Notes: generated by a model from the sequence alone, not told the origin. DNA of 64,000 bases from an uncultured Clostridia bacterium (GCA_944386195.1 CALXAD010000001.1:7581-71580), one strand, 5' to 3'. Counted from the first letter of the stretch, positions 10,084-19,635 are shown. Translations and numbers: made by a program.

Positions 10084-10167
10084 AATAATACCCTCCTTAT
10101 ATTTTTTACTTTTGTTTTTATTCATATACCAATTATTATTGGTAATTTTAATAACTAATTTAAAAAT

Positions 10168-10605
10168 TTATTCTGTAATTTGTTCTATTAACATGTATTT
10201 AACTTTTTGAGTTTTTTTATGATATTCTATCTTTGTGCATTTAAATTTTATATTATTATAATATTTAGCAAATTTGTCCATTCCTCCACTATAAAGAGTC
10301 TCCATATCATAAGTTTTATCTGTATCTAGCATTTTTAAATCAATTTTAATTGATGTTGTTTCATTTTCAATAAATTTTCCTTTATCATCTTTTTGGACAC
10401 TATTTGTTAAATTATTATCATAAGCTTTATTTACAATTGTTACAACATCAGCTCCATAAAATTCTTCGTTATAATAGCTTTCAAATTGATTATTTTCCCT
10501 TTGAGCCTCATGATAATTTGCTTTATAATTTAAATACATATAAGAAATTCCTACTATAATAATTACTATTATTAAGAAAAATATTGCTATTTTCTTCATT
10601 TTCAT
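10168..10605 (-). CDS. Filament-locus protein with TM anchor; shares a C-terminal motif with the pilin-like paralogues
   Basis: 145 aa. N-terminus is MKMKKIAIFFLIIVIIIVGISYMYL. The C-terminal IKFKCTKIEYHKKTQKVKYMLIE resembles FDCTNVEYNNQTGRIVKMEF of the 250-aa paralogue. Confidence 0.6.
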   Translation of the reverse strand: MKMKKIAIFFLIIVIIIVGISYMYLNYKANYHEAQRENNQFESYYNEEFYGADVVTIVNKAYDNNLTNSVQKDDKGKFIENETTSIKIDLKMLDTDKTYDMETLYSGGMDKFAKYYNNIKFKCTKIEYHKKTQKVKYMLIEQITE

Positions 10606-10613
10606 TTCCTCAT

Positions 10614-11114
10614 CTAATCATTTCTTGTAAACTGTACAACACTTACTCTTTCTGTATTTGGATTTATAGTCACACTACATTTATACGTTGGTAATGCTTG
10701 ATATGTACTTCCATCTTCATCAGTATATGATACTTGAGGCTCATTTCTCAAAAGATTTTGCATATCTTCATCAGACATTTTTTCTAAATGTGTTTCTGAG
10801 CCACCTGACCCTATACCTGTAGCATTGACTGTTACATAGAAATTGCCATCTGTTTGGCTTGTAAGTTCATATTCAGTATTATTCTCTTTAGCCAAATTTG
10901 CAACAGTAACAATATCATATATTGTAACACTATTTTTAGCTTCATATTGAGTAAATTGTGTATTAAATTGATTTATTCTATCGGCATCATTTTGCTTATG
11001 CAGTTCAGCAGAAGTTGCACCAAATGTTGCAAATAAATATACTGCTAAAGATAATACTAATAATCCTATTAAAACTCCTGCTGCCATAAGTAAAGCCTTT
11101 GATGCATTTTCCAT
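10614..11114 (-). CDS. Pilin-like protein, MENASKAL-type N-terminus
   Basis: 166 aa. MENASKALLMAAGVLIGLLVLSLAVYLF. Confidence 0.7.
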   Translation of the reverse strand: MENASKALLMAAGVLIGLLVLSLAVYLFATFGATSAELHKQNDADRINQFNTQFTQYEAKNSVTIYDIVTVANLAKENNTEYELTSQTDGNFYVTVNATGIGSGGSETHLEKMSDEDMQNLLRNEPQVSYTDEDGSTYQALPTYKCSVTINPNTERVSVVQFTRND

Positions 11115-11127
11115 ATTCTAACTCCTA

Positions 11128-11880
11128 CTAATTAAATTTTCCATTTGATTTGAATTCCATTTTTACAATTCTGCCTGTTTGATTATTATATTCTACATTT
11201 GTACAATCAAAATATAATCTTTTAAATTGTATATATTCATAGTAAGTATAAACATCTTCTCTAATTGTGCTATCTTGGGCAATATCTTCCCATTCTTCTA
11301 CTTCTACTTTTTTAGATGCTGAATTAAATTTAGAAATTGCATCTTGTTTTGCACTATCACTACTTGTATCATCAATAAATATTGCTGTTAAAGCTGTTGT
11401 TAAATTTGCTAATGAATCAGAACCATATTCACTTTCTAACTCATTTATTTTATCTTTTATTTCATCTTCAAATTTATTAGTAGTTTTATCTATTGTATAA
11501 CTACTACTTCTTATAAGTCTTTTTTCTCCATCAGCACTTAACTGATTCAAATCATCATTAGTCATTGTAAAAGTTATTGTCATAGGTTCAAAAGCAAGTT
11601 CTGAACCTCTATCTGTACTTCCAGTTCCTTCTGTTGATTGTCTTCTATTATAATCTATTACTTTATTTAATAAAGAATATAAATCACTACCTCTAACATT
11701 TTTTCTATCATATGTATCATATTGGTTATTAAATTCTACAATTTGTGAAGAACGTGTTCCTTCAACATTAGTTTTTTGATAACTTGATAAGCTATTAAAC
11801 ATTAATATTAATGCCCCTATTATCAATAATGCTATTAATACACTTCCTGCCATTATGAGTGCTTTTGATGCATTTTCCAT
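11128..11880 (-). CDS. Pilin-like protein, MENASKAL-type N-terminus
   Basis: 250 aa. MENASKALIMAGSVLIALLIIGALILMF. Confidence 0.7.
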   Translation of the reverse strand: MENASKALIMAGSVLIALLIIGALILMFNSLSSYQKTNVEGTRSSQIVEFNNQYDTYDRKNVRGSDLYSLLNKVIDYNRRQSTEGTGSTDRGSELAFEPMTITFTMTNDDLNQLSADGEKRLIRSSSYTIDKTTNKFEDEIKDKINELESEYGSDSLANLTTALTAIFIDDTSSDSAKQDAISKFNSASKKVEVEEWEDIAQDSTIREDVYTYYEYIQFKRLYFDCTNVEYNNQTGRIVKMEFKSNGKFN

Positions 11881-11904
11881 AAACTAATCCTCCTTAAAGT
11901 TCAA

Positions 11905-13986
11905 TTAAGATGCTGATGAAGAAGTCATTGTCTGGAATGATGATGACATACTTGTTAGACCTATAAATACTAAAGGTACAATTAAATATCCAACAAACAT
12001 ACATACCATTGGTGCAAAACCAATTACTTTTCCTATCATTCCTTTTCTCTTTATTAATCTTTCATTTGATTCTTTTCTCTTTTCTTGATAGTAATCTCTT
12101 TCTGAATCTAACTCATCAAAAGCGTCTCTAATTGGTATTTTCTCTACTGCTGCTTGTAAACTTTCAATTATCCTAATTAAAGGTAAATATGTAACTTCAT
12201 CTTTCATTTGTTCTAGTGCTTCCCATGCACCAGATTCATAGTTATTAACACATTTTGAAATTGGTGTCTTGAATATATTTGAGTATCTTTCTAGCCATTC
12301 TAGAATCATTTCAACATTTACTCTTTCAATTCTCATAAGCATCATTATAATTGTTTGGAATTGCATTACTTCATCTTCCATCTCTAACTGTCTCATCTTA
12401 ACTTGGAAATATAAAATCCAAATTGGTGCCATATAACCAATAACTGCAAATACACACGCTAGTAATAATTCAAACCATTGTAAATATTCACTATTAACTA
12501 TTTGTAACTTATTATATATTCTTTCTGCTGCAGCATCTATATCTGCATCTTCTGCATCTGCATAATAGTCTAAATCTTCCACTGCCATTCTAATTTGATC
12601 TTGTGTTGTATTTATTTTTCCCCTAAATCTATCCAAAATTTTATTGTCCTGTTCAGTTACTTCCATTGCTTTTTCTTCATCTTTTTCCGATAAACCTCCT
12701 ATAATATCATAATCGGTTGTCGGCTCTGTATAAACATAGTTAATTGCCACTTGATGCAATTGTGTAAAAATTATAATTGATGCAAAAAATGTAACTATTG
12801 CTAAACCAATTCTATTTATATAAAGCCACTGTATTTTTTGTGATGAAGCTGCATCTTTTAATAATTTTGTAATCTTTCTACGTTCTTTTGTTCCATCTTT
12901 TGGTATAAATAAATCAACAATTTTCTTGATTGGTTTCTTTTTATATAATCTCTCTTGCCATGGATTTTCTGTATCTTTGGTATTCATTGCAGTTGAACCA
13001 TTATCTTTCAATTTTCTAACTAATATGTATGATACAAAAGTTAGTATAAGTATAATTATTTGTACTATCATTCCAGGTTTTCCTAAATACCAACTAGCTG
13101 TAAATGAGAAATTTGATATAGACCAACTTTTTAATGGTTCTAGTAATAATACTGGTGCAATTGAAATTACTGACAAACTTTGAAATACATAGTTTAATTT
13201 ATCTCTTTTTAAAATTTCAAGTTGCATTTCTTGAGTTATATTGTTAACATTCTTTAAATATAAAGATGCACCATCTACTTTTCTATCACCAAATTCTTTA
13301 GTTAAATATGATATACCAGCAAATTCTTTTAAGAAGCTATTTGGTGCTACATCATAATATTTTTCTAGTTCCATTTCAGGGTCATCTGAAATTAATATTT
13401 CGTATATTTTTTCACCTTGTCTTGAAATTTCCTTTTCATCATCTTGAGATACCTGATATATTGCTTCCTCAACCATATTGTACTCGTGGTAAGCATGTCT
13501 TATTTCTGAAAAGAAATCTATTTGCTCTTTTAATATTTTATTATCTATTTTATCAACAGAACCATCAATAAATGTATCAATCATAAATAATTCAAATATT
13601 AATAATATAAACATAAGTAAATAATTGCTAGATGTAAGAATCAACGTAACAAGCATAATCGGAATTATTATTGCAAATGATTTTGTTAAAATTTTTGCTG
13701 TTCCTTTTCTTGTGTTATATTCATCATCAATATTTATAATTTCTAGTCTTCTTCTTATTTTCAACACATATCTTTTTATAAAAGGAATCTTTATATATGT
13801 AAGATATAATTTTTGAAATAATATTTCTGTTGAAAAGCTTTTTTGTTTAGTACCTTGTTGTAAACGTTGAATTCTCTTATATTCAGAGGTTTGCATCTTT
13901 TTAGATAAAATTACATAAATAAGTATTATAATAACAAATGCTGCTCCTGCACCGCCCATTATATAATAAATCATTTGATTATCCAC
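11905..13986 (-). CDS. Polytopic inner-membrane protein, candidate TadB/TadC-like (GspF-type) platform
   Basis: 693 aa with multiple hydrophobic helices separated by large cytoplasmic-looking segments. It lies immediately downstream of the secretion ATPase. Family assignment is by position only. Confidence 0.5.
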   Translation of the reverse strand: MDNQMIYYIMGGAGAAFVIIILIYVILSKKMQTSEYKRIQRLQQGTKQKSFSTEILFQKLYLTYIKIPFIKRYVLKIRRRLEIINIDDEYNTRKGTAKILTKSFAIIIPIMLVTLILTSSNYLLMFILLIFELFMIDTFIDGSVDKIDNKILKEQIDFFSEIRHAYHEYNMVEEAIYQVSQDDEKEISRQGEKIYEILISDDPEMELEKYYDVAPNSFLKEFAGISYLTKEFGDRKVDGASLYLKNVNNITQEMQLEILKRDKLNYVFQSLSVISIAPVLLLEPLKSWSISNFSFTASWYLGKPGMIVQIIILILTFVSYILVRKLKDNGSTAMNTKDTENPWQERLYKKKPIKKIVDLFIPKDGTKERRKITKLLKDAASSQKIQWLYINRIGLAIVTFFASIIIFTQLHQVAINYVYTEPTTDYDIIGGLSEKDEEKAMEVTEQDNKILDRFRGKINTTQDQIRMAVEDLDYYADAEDADIDAAAERIYNKLQIVNSEYLQWFELLLACVFAVIGYMAPIWILYFQVKMRQLEMEDEVMQFQTIIMMLMRIERVNVEMILEWLERYSNIFKTPISKCVNNYESGAWEALEQMKDEVTYLPLIRIIESLQAAVEKIPIRDAFDELDSERDYYQEKRKESNERLIKRKGMIGKVIGFAPMVCMFVGYLIVPLVFIGLTSMSSSFQTMTSSSAS

Positions 13987-14003
13987 TTAAGATAGCACCT
14001 CCT

Positions 14004-15974
14004 TTATACTTCTGTTTTTTTCTTTCTTCCTCTTTTTTTTGCTTTATCATCTTGTACTGCTGATACTTCAACTGTTTCTTTTTCTAGTTTATTTCCCCAA
14101 TGTCTCTCAACGAACTTATCAAATGCTTCAACATCTGATGCATCCATGTTCATTCTCATTTCTCTTAAGTTGTTTTCTGTTATTGGATTTGTTATTTTAT
14201 ATTCGCCATCCACATATTCTAATATATTTCTATATGTATATAATTTTTTATCTGTAACTTTTTCAAAATAATGTGTTGCATTATCGAAAAATTTATCAAA
14301 TTTGCCTTCCAATGTTTTTTCTTTTCTATAGTCAAATGTATATTCATTTTTTTCTTCTACTGGTATACATTCTGTTATTCTTTCTACATATCTTTTTCCT
14401 CTAAAGTCTTTTGTTAAATGTATATCAAAGTTTAATACTTGTACAACTTGCTCTTCTGCTGTTTTCTCATTATTGAATTGTCCAATTCTAAGCATTGAGT
14501 TTCTAAGTGCTGTTACTAAGTTTGGAAATGTCTTAGCATGGTGTGTAAATAATGTAAATTTTGATGCAACCTGTGCAGCTTGTATCATCCAAGCAGCAAC
14601 GTGGTCTGTTGCAACCTCACCAATGATATTTACAGAACCATCTGTTTTCTTTTGAACGTCCAAACCTTCCTGTCCAGAAATTGTCTCTGTTTCTCTAAAT
14701 GTTAAAATGTTTCTTGTTGGGTATATTTTTCTTAAGTGAAGCTCGAATGCTGTCTCTTGAACCCTTATGTTCATTGTTTCGTAAATATTTTCTATCATAC
14801 CCATTAGCATTGTTGTTTTACCACAACCTTGCTCACCAGTGATTGATATAATCCTTGCTCCTTTAACTAAATATTTTAATAATTCGATTGATTCATCACT
14901 ACCTGGCTCTCCTTTAAACCATTGCTCCAAAGTTGAACGTTTAACGTCGAACTTTCTTACAAAGAATGCCCATGTCTCTGACATACTCGGTCTAACAACA
15001 ACGACACGAGAACCATCTTTCATTTCATTTATTTTATAACCATTTGTGTCTGATAATTGTCCTGGGTTATTATATTTATAAATATTTTGACAAACTCTTT
15101 TTAATTCAGCTTCAGTTCCAAATGAAAGGAATGCTAAACGTATAGATTTACCTTGGAAGAATATCCAAATACTATCACAAGCTCTTGGTACTTTATGCTC
15201 TTGAATTTGATTTAAGTAATCTCCACCATCTGTTTGTGCTACTTGGCTTAAGAAACTTTCAGGAAGTCCTGAAACACCACCTGAAACACCATCTATATTC
15301 ATATCTCTTACTTCATCTATACTACTATATCCTTTATATTGTTGATATATCCTTTGTACAACTACATTTAATTTATCAGAAAATGATAATACAACATTTT
15401 CTTTTTCAAATATACTTTCTATCTCATCTGATGTTATTACATAACAAGGTTTTGTTTCACCTTCGACATATTTTAATTCTGCTAAGTTATATTTTTTTAT
15501 TAGCTCTGTCAAAGCTTCATAACCAAATTCTTTCTTATAAACACAAATTAAAATATCAAATTTATCCTGTGCTGTAAGTAATGATGGAATATCAAAAGGA
15601 ATTGCTTTTGATATATTTGTCTCTGTTACACCATATTCTTTTTCTAATAAATCATATATTAATTCTTTTACATATCTTTTATCATTTACATCTCCATATG
15701 TACAACCTTTTAGGGCTTTTTTCAATTCATATTTCTTGTTTTTTCTTCTTTTTAATTCTTCTTCTGATAGCCCTATATCATATAGATTTATTTTTGTGAT
15801 TTCATCTAATCTTTTCTTAACAAATTCAATCATCATCTCTATGGTATAAGTTTTATCATCTACATTTATTTTCTCTTCTACTTGTGCATTTTTCTTTTTC
15901 TTTATGATGTAAAAAACTGTATATCCAGCAACAAGTAACACAACAATTGTTAGTAGAATATTTGTTATTGTCAT
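14004..15974 (-). CDS. CpaF/TadA (VirB11-superfamily) secretion ATPase with an N-terminal TM helix
   Basis: Walker A ITGEQGCGKTT, ETAFELHL box, IIGEV (Walker B/Asp-box region) and His-box-like TLFTHHAKT. N-terminus is MTITNILLTIVVLLVAGYTVFYIIKKKK. The C-terminal tail is Lys-rich. Confidence 0.85.
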   Translation of the reverse strand: MTITNILLTIVVLLVAGYTVFYIIKKKKNAQVEEKINVDDKTYTIEMMIEFVKKRLDEITKINLYDIGLSEEELKRRKNKKYELKKALKGCTYGDVNDKRYVKELIYDLLEKEYGVTETNISKAIPFDIPSLLTAQDKFDILICVYKKEFGYEALTELIKKYNLAELKYVEGETKPCYVITSDEIESIFEKENVVLSFSDKLNVVVQRIYQQYKGYSSIDEVRDMNIDGVSGGVSGLPESFLSQVAQTDGGDYLNQIQEHKVPRACDSIWIFFQGKSIRLAFLSFGTEAELKRVCQNIYKYNNPGQLSDTNGYKINEMKDGSRVVVVRPSMSETWAFFVRKFDVKRSTLEQWFKGEPGSDESIELLKYLVKGARIISITGEQGCGKTTMLMGMIENIYETMNIRVQETAFELHLRKIYPTRNILTFRETETISGQEGLDVQKKTDGSVNIIGEVATDHVAAWMIQAAQVASKFTLFTHHAKTFPNLVTALRNSMLRIGQFNNEKTAEEQVVQVLNFDIHLTKDFRGKRYVERITECIPVEEKNEYTFDYRKEKTLEGKFDKFFDNATHYFEKVTDKKLYTYRNILEYVDGEYKITNPITENNLREMRMNMDASDVEAFDKFVERHWGNKLEKETVEVSAVQDDKAKKRGRKKKTEV

Positions 15975-15990
15975 GTTTTTTCCACCCTCC

Positions 15991-16827
15991 TTACCTCTTC
16001 ATAGCTAGGTCTTGTAATCTATAAATAATATTGTCTGATGTTCTTTTTATCTCTGACATAAAAAACGCATTTCTGTCTTCTTCATCTATTTTTCTAAGTC
16101 TTAAGAATAAATCTGGTAATTTTGCTTCTTCACATGATTCAAAAAACAATGTATTATATGGTATAGTTGAAACTTTATTCTTTTCATTCATATATCTAGA
16201 AATATTCTTTATTGTATATTTTGAATATTTATCATATCTTCCTATTAATAATAATGTTTTCTTAGAATTCAATATTGGCATTTGTTCTCTCAAATTCATA
16301 AAATTGTTTATACTAGATAATCTTTGGCTTAAAGTTGCTACTATTAAATTAGAATTATTTAAAATTGTTTCTATAAGCTGTTCTCCTAATTCAGCATCTA
16401 AATCAACAAATACTAAATCATAATAATTGTTAGCTAAATTTATCATGTCAGGATAATATTGTTTTATTTCATCATATTCCAACTTTTCGCCTTTGAATGT
16501 TGGTAATATTTCCAATCTATCTTTAAAAACAATTTTAGTATAATTAGTTATTTGTTCTGGTGAAAGCTTATTACTTTTTATTATAGTCTCTAGTCCTACT
16601 ACACCTTCTTCCATTGCAGTATTGGTATTTGGTCCAAATAGTCCTAAATTTTTCTTTACTTTTCTTTCCTCCCAGAAACAACGGTCTAAAGTTTTATCTT
16701 TATATCCTGTAGAAACCACTAAAATTTTATAATTATGTTCGATTGCCATATGTGTGACAATTGCAGCTATTGCTGATGTCTTGCCTGTTTCTTCTCTACT
16801 ATTATTCCAAAATGTTATAACTGACAT
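15991..16827 (-). CDS. MinD/ParA-fold protein with a deviant P-loop (TadZ/CpaE-like)
   Basis: 278 aa. ITFWNNSREETGKTS replaces KGGxGKT. Walker B-like YDLVFVDLD. Confidence 0.6.
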   Translation of the reverse strand: MSVITFWNNSREETGKTSAIAAIVTHMAIEHNYKILVVSTGYKDKTLDRCFWEERKVKKNLGLFGPNTNTAMEEGVVGLETIIKSNKLSPEQITNYTKIVFKDRLEILPTFKGEKLEYDEIKQYYPDMINLANNYYDLVFVDLDAELGEQLIETILNNSNLIVATLSQRLSSINNFMNLREQMPILNSKKTLLLIGRYDKYSKYTIKNISRYMNEKNKVSTIPYNTLFFESCEEAKLPDLFLRLRKIDEEDRNAFFMSEIKRTSDNIIYRLQDLAMKR

Positions 16828-16829
16828 TT

Positions 16830-17549
16830 TTACGCTCCTTTTTCTATTGTTTTTATTGCCCTTCTAACTTTAGAATCTCCAGCATCTCCTAAAATTTCTT
16901 GGGCTAAATATGCTAATCCATCTTTATATTGTACACTTAATTTTTTCAATTTTATTTTAGATACTCTTTGATTTTCATATATAGCACTTAAATCTCCATT
17001 CTCAATTGGGAAATATACTCTATAATCATCCCAAATTATTTTATATCCTAGAGATAAGAAATTTAAATAATCGTCTTCTTCTTTTAACATATCTTTTGAA
17101 AATAGTACTTTGGTTAAAGTTATAGCATTTCTAAGTCCTGTAAAAACTTCTAAACCCTTTTTTAGTGAATACACATCGAAAGAAGTTATAAAATAGTTTT
17201 TTTGTGCATTCTCTAAGTCATAATTTTCAAAACCTTCTGGAGTATCTGTATCTACAAACATAAAGTCATACTCCATCTCTTGCCCATCTGAAATTCCTAA
17301 ATATCTTCTTATTCCTTCTTCATTTGCAAACCCTACAGCTATATCGATTTCTTCATATTCTGTGACATACATCATAGTAGGGTTTATAACAGGAACAATA
17401 TATCTTGCTTTTTGGTTTAGTGTAGCATCTACAACTAATACTTTTTTTCCTAATATAGTTAATATTTTGGCAATATATATAATTAAATCTGTTTTATCGT
17501 AAGCACCTATAAACCCTATTTTTTTCATGATATTCTCCTTTCTACTCAT
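16830..17549 (-). CDS. MinD/ParA-fold protein lacking a Walker A lysine (TadZ/CpaE-like, probable pseudo-ATPase)
   Basis: 239 aa. KKIGFIGAYDKTD occupies the P-loop position, followed by KKVLVVDA and YDFMFVDTD. The start may be the internal MKKIGF. Confidence 0.55.
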   Translation of the reverse strand: MSRKENIMKKIGFIGAYDKTDLIIYIAKILTILGKKVLVVDATLNQKARYIVPVINPTMMYVTEYEEIDIAVGFANEEGIRRYLGISDGQEMEYDFMFVDTDTPEGFENYDLENAQKNYFITSFDVYSLKKGLEVFTGLRNAITLTKVLFSKDMLKEEDDYLNFLSLGYKIIWDDYRVYFPIENGDLSAIYENQRVSKIKLKKLSVQYKDGLAYLAQEILGDAGDSKVRRAIKTIEKGA

Positions 17550-18642
17550 CCGTAGTTGTTGTTCCTGATAATCCTTCTAAGTAATCTTTTCTTGCATTCT
17601 TAGAATTTGTAATACTTTCTTCTATATTCGTTTGTAAATTTGATTCTGCTTGATCTCCTTGGCTTTCTATTTCACTATTTATATTATTTCTTGTTTCCCC
17701 ACTATTTACTTGATTATATCTTGCAACAATTTGATCCATTGCATTTTGTAATATGTTAGGGTCTCTTTGTAATAATTGTGAATTTTCTGCACTAACAATA
17801 TATGTTGGTGTAGCAGCATTTTGCATTCCTGGTTCTGTATATTTAGTTGCATAAAATTTTGCTCCATTAATTCTTGCTGCATCCATTATAGCAGAGCTCA
17901 TATGTAGGATTTCATCTTCTGATAAATTTACCCAAATTGTATCTTCTGAATCTGTACCTCCTACAACTGGAATTTCAACTTCTTTTTTAGATACAACTAT
18001 AAAATCTTGTCCATTTGGAAGCATCAATCTTATATCAATATAATCTCCAGTTGCTAAATCCATAGGTAAAATAACTACATTGTATTCTTGTTTTCTTATA
18101 TCATCTTGCACAACACTATCTCCTCTACTAATTAAATCTGTAGTTATCAATGTGTTTGCATACATATTAACTTTTGCAACAATTGGAACTGTATCTAATT
18201 CTAGATACTCTCTTTCGCCATTTTGTTCAATATAAAGATTTCCTGTTCCCTCATCTTCATTAACTTGATATCTAGTATTATCTATTGTTATATACATTAT
18301 TGGATTTCCATTATTATATTCTGTTACAATCTGATTTCCTTCTTTATCTTGCAATGCATAATTTTCAATAACACTTATATCACTCGTAGCATTACTTGGT
18401 ACTAATGTTTTATTTACGGTTGTTTTTGTTAACATGTCACTTGTTATAACTTGTCCTGATTTAACATCTTGATTTAGCACATAAGCATTTACACTATTTG
18501 CTAAATTTTCTTTTTCTTCTTGAATTTTATTCATTAATTGCATTAATAATATCGCTATAATTACTCCTGCAATAAGTAACATTACTAGCATTCCTAGTAA
18601 AAATGAGTTTCTTGCTTTTCTTTGCATTGGATTTGTTGCCAT
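17542..18642 (-). CDS. CpaB/RcpC-like pilus assembly protein (TM anchor plus SAF-like domain)
   Basis: 366 aa with an N-terminal TM segment, then VLNQDVKSGQVITSDMLT, typical of the SAF domain of CpaB. It is the first gene of the locus. Confidence 0.7.
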   Translation of the reverse strand: MATNPMQRKARNSFLLGMLVMLLIAGVIIAILLMQLMNKIQEEKENLANSVNAYVLNQDVKSGQVITSDMLTKTTVNKTLVPSNATSDISVIENYALQDKEGNQIVTEYNNGNPIMYITIDNTRYQVNEDEGTGNLYIEQNGEREYLELDTVPIVAKVNMYANTLITTDLISRGDSVVQDDIRKQEYNVVILPMDLATGDYIDIRLMLPNGQDFIVVSKKEVEIPVVGGTDSEDTIWVNLSEDEILHMSSAIMDAARINGAKFYATKYTEPGMQNAATPTYIVSAENSQLLQRDPNILQNAMDQIVARYNQVNSGETRNNINSEIESQGDQAESNLQTNIEESITNSKNARKDYLEGLSGTTTTDE

Positions 18643-18750
18643 GACAAATTCCTCCCTTATAATTTATTTTTCGTGTATTTTTTACAAAATATCCATCTAT
18701 TTTATTTTAACTCAAAGTAAGATTAAAATCAATGAAATTACACTGTGTTA

Positions 18751-19635
18751 TCAAAAGTTAATATTTCTGTAATATTTTTGTAATATTTTTGCAACACCGT
18801 CTTCGGTATTGCTTGGTGCAATATCGTTTGCAACATCTTTTACTACAGGTGTACTTTGTCCCATTGCTATTCCTAAACCAGCATTTTCTATCATCATTTT
18901 GTCATTTATATTATCACCTATTGCCATTACTTCTTCTTGTTTAATATTTAATTTTTCCATTAAATATTGTATTGCATACCATTTATCTACATTATTTCTA
19001 GAAATTTCTGTATAAAAATATTCAATAGAAAAGTCTTCTGTTCCTTGCCTTATAGTCTTTCTTGACATATGTGATACATCTAATACTTCTATATCTTTTA
19101 TTTCTTTAAATTTTCTAATTATTGAATTAAAAACAGATTTTGTTTCATCACATACTGTAATTTTCAAAAAATTTGCATTTTCTTTATTTTTCACATATTC
19201 ATACATATCTTTAACAATTGTTATCTTTGTTTTTTTGCTTTCTTCTTTTTTTAAATTTTCTTTATGATAATATAAAACATTATATTTTAATGCTGTTGAC
19301 AGGATTTCTTTTTCTGTATATACATTATATGCTATACTATTTTCTTCACATATTTTTATTATTTCTAAAACTTTTTCTTTTGTCATACATTTTTCGTATA
19401 TTATTTTATCTTTTTCCATATCATAAATAATAGCACCATTTCCAGAAATAAAATATTTTTTACTATCTATTTCATTTGCAATTGATTTTATTGAATCTAT
19501 CGGCCTTCCTGAAGCAATTATTACATTCACTCCTTGTTCTTCTATTTTTTTTATAGTTTTCTTAGTTTCTTCTGAAACCATGCCATAACTATCAAGCATC
19601 GTTCCATCTAAATCTATTGCGACTAATTTATACAT
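18751..19635 (-). CDS. Cof-type HAD-IIB phosphatase
   Basis: Motif I VAIDLDGTML and motif IV GDNINDKMMIENAGLGIAMG. Confidence 0.85.
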   Translation of the reverse strand: MYKLVAIDLDGTMLDSYGMVSEETKKTIKKIEEQGVNVIIASGRPIDSIKSIANEIDSKKYFISGNGAIIYDMEKDKIIYEKCMTKEKVLEIIKICEENSIAYNVYTEKEILSTALKYNVLYYHKENLKKEESKKTKITIVKDMYEYVKNKENANFLKITVCDETKSVFNSIIRKFKEIKDIEVLDVSHMSRKTIRQGTEDFSIEYFYTEISRNNVDKWYAIQYLMEKLNIKQEEVMAIGDNINDKMMIENAGLGIAMGQSTPVVKDVANDIAPSNTEDGVAKILQKYYRNINF

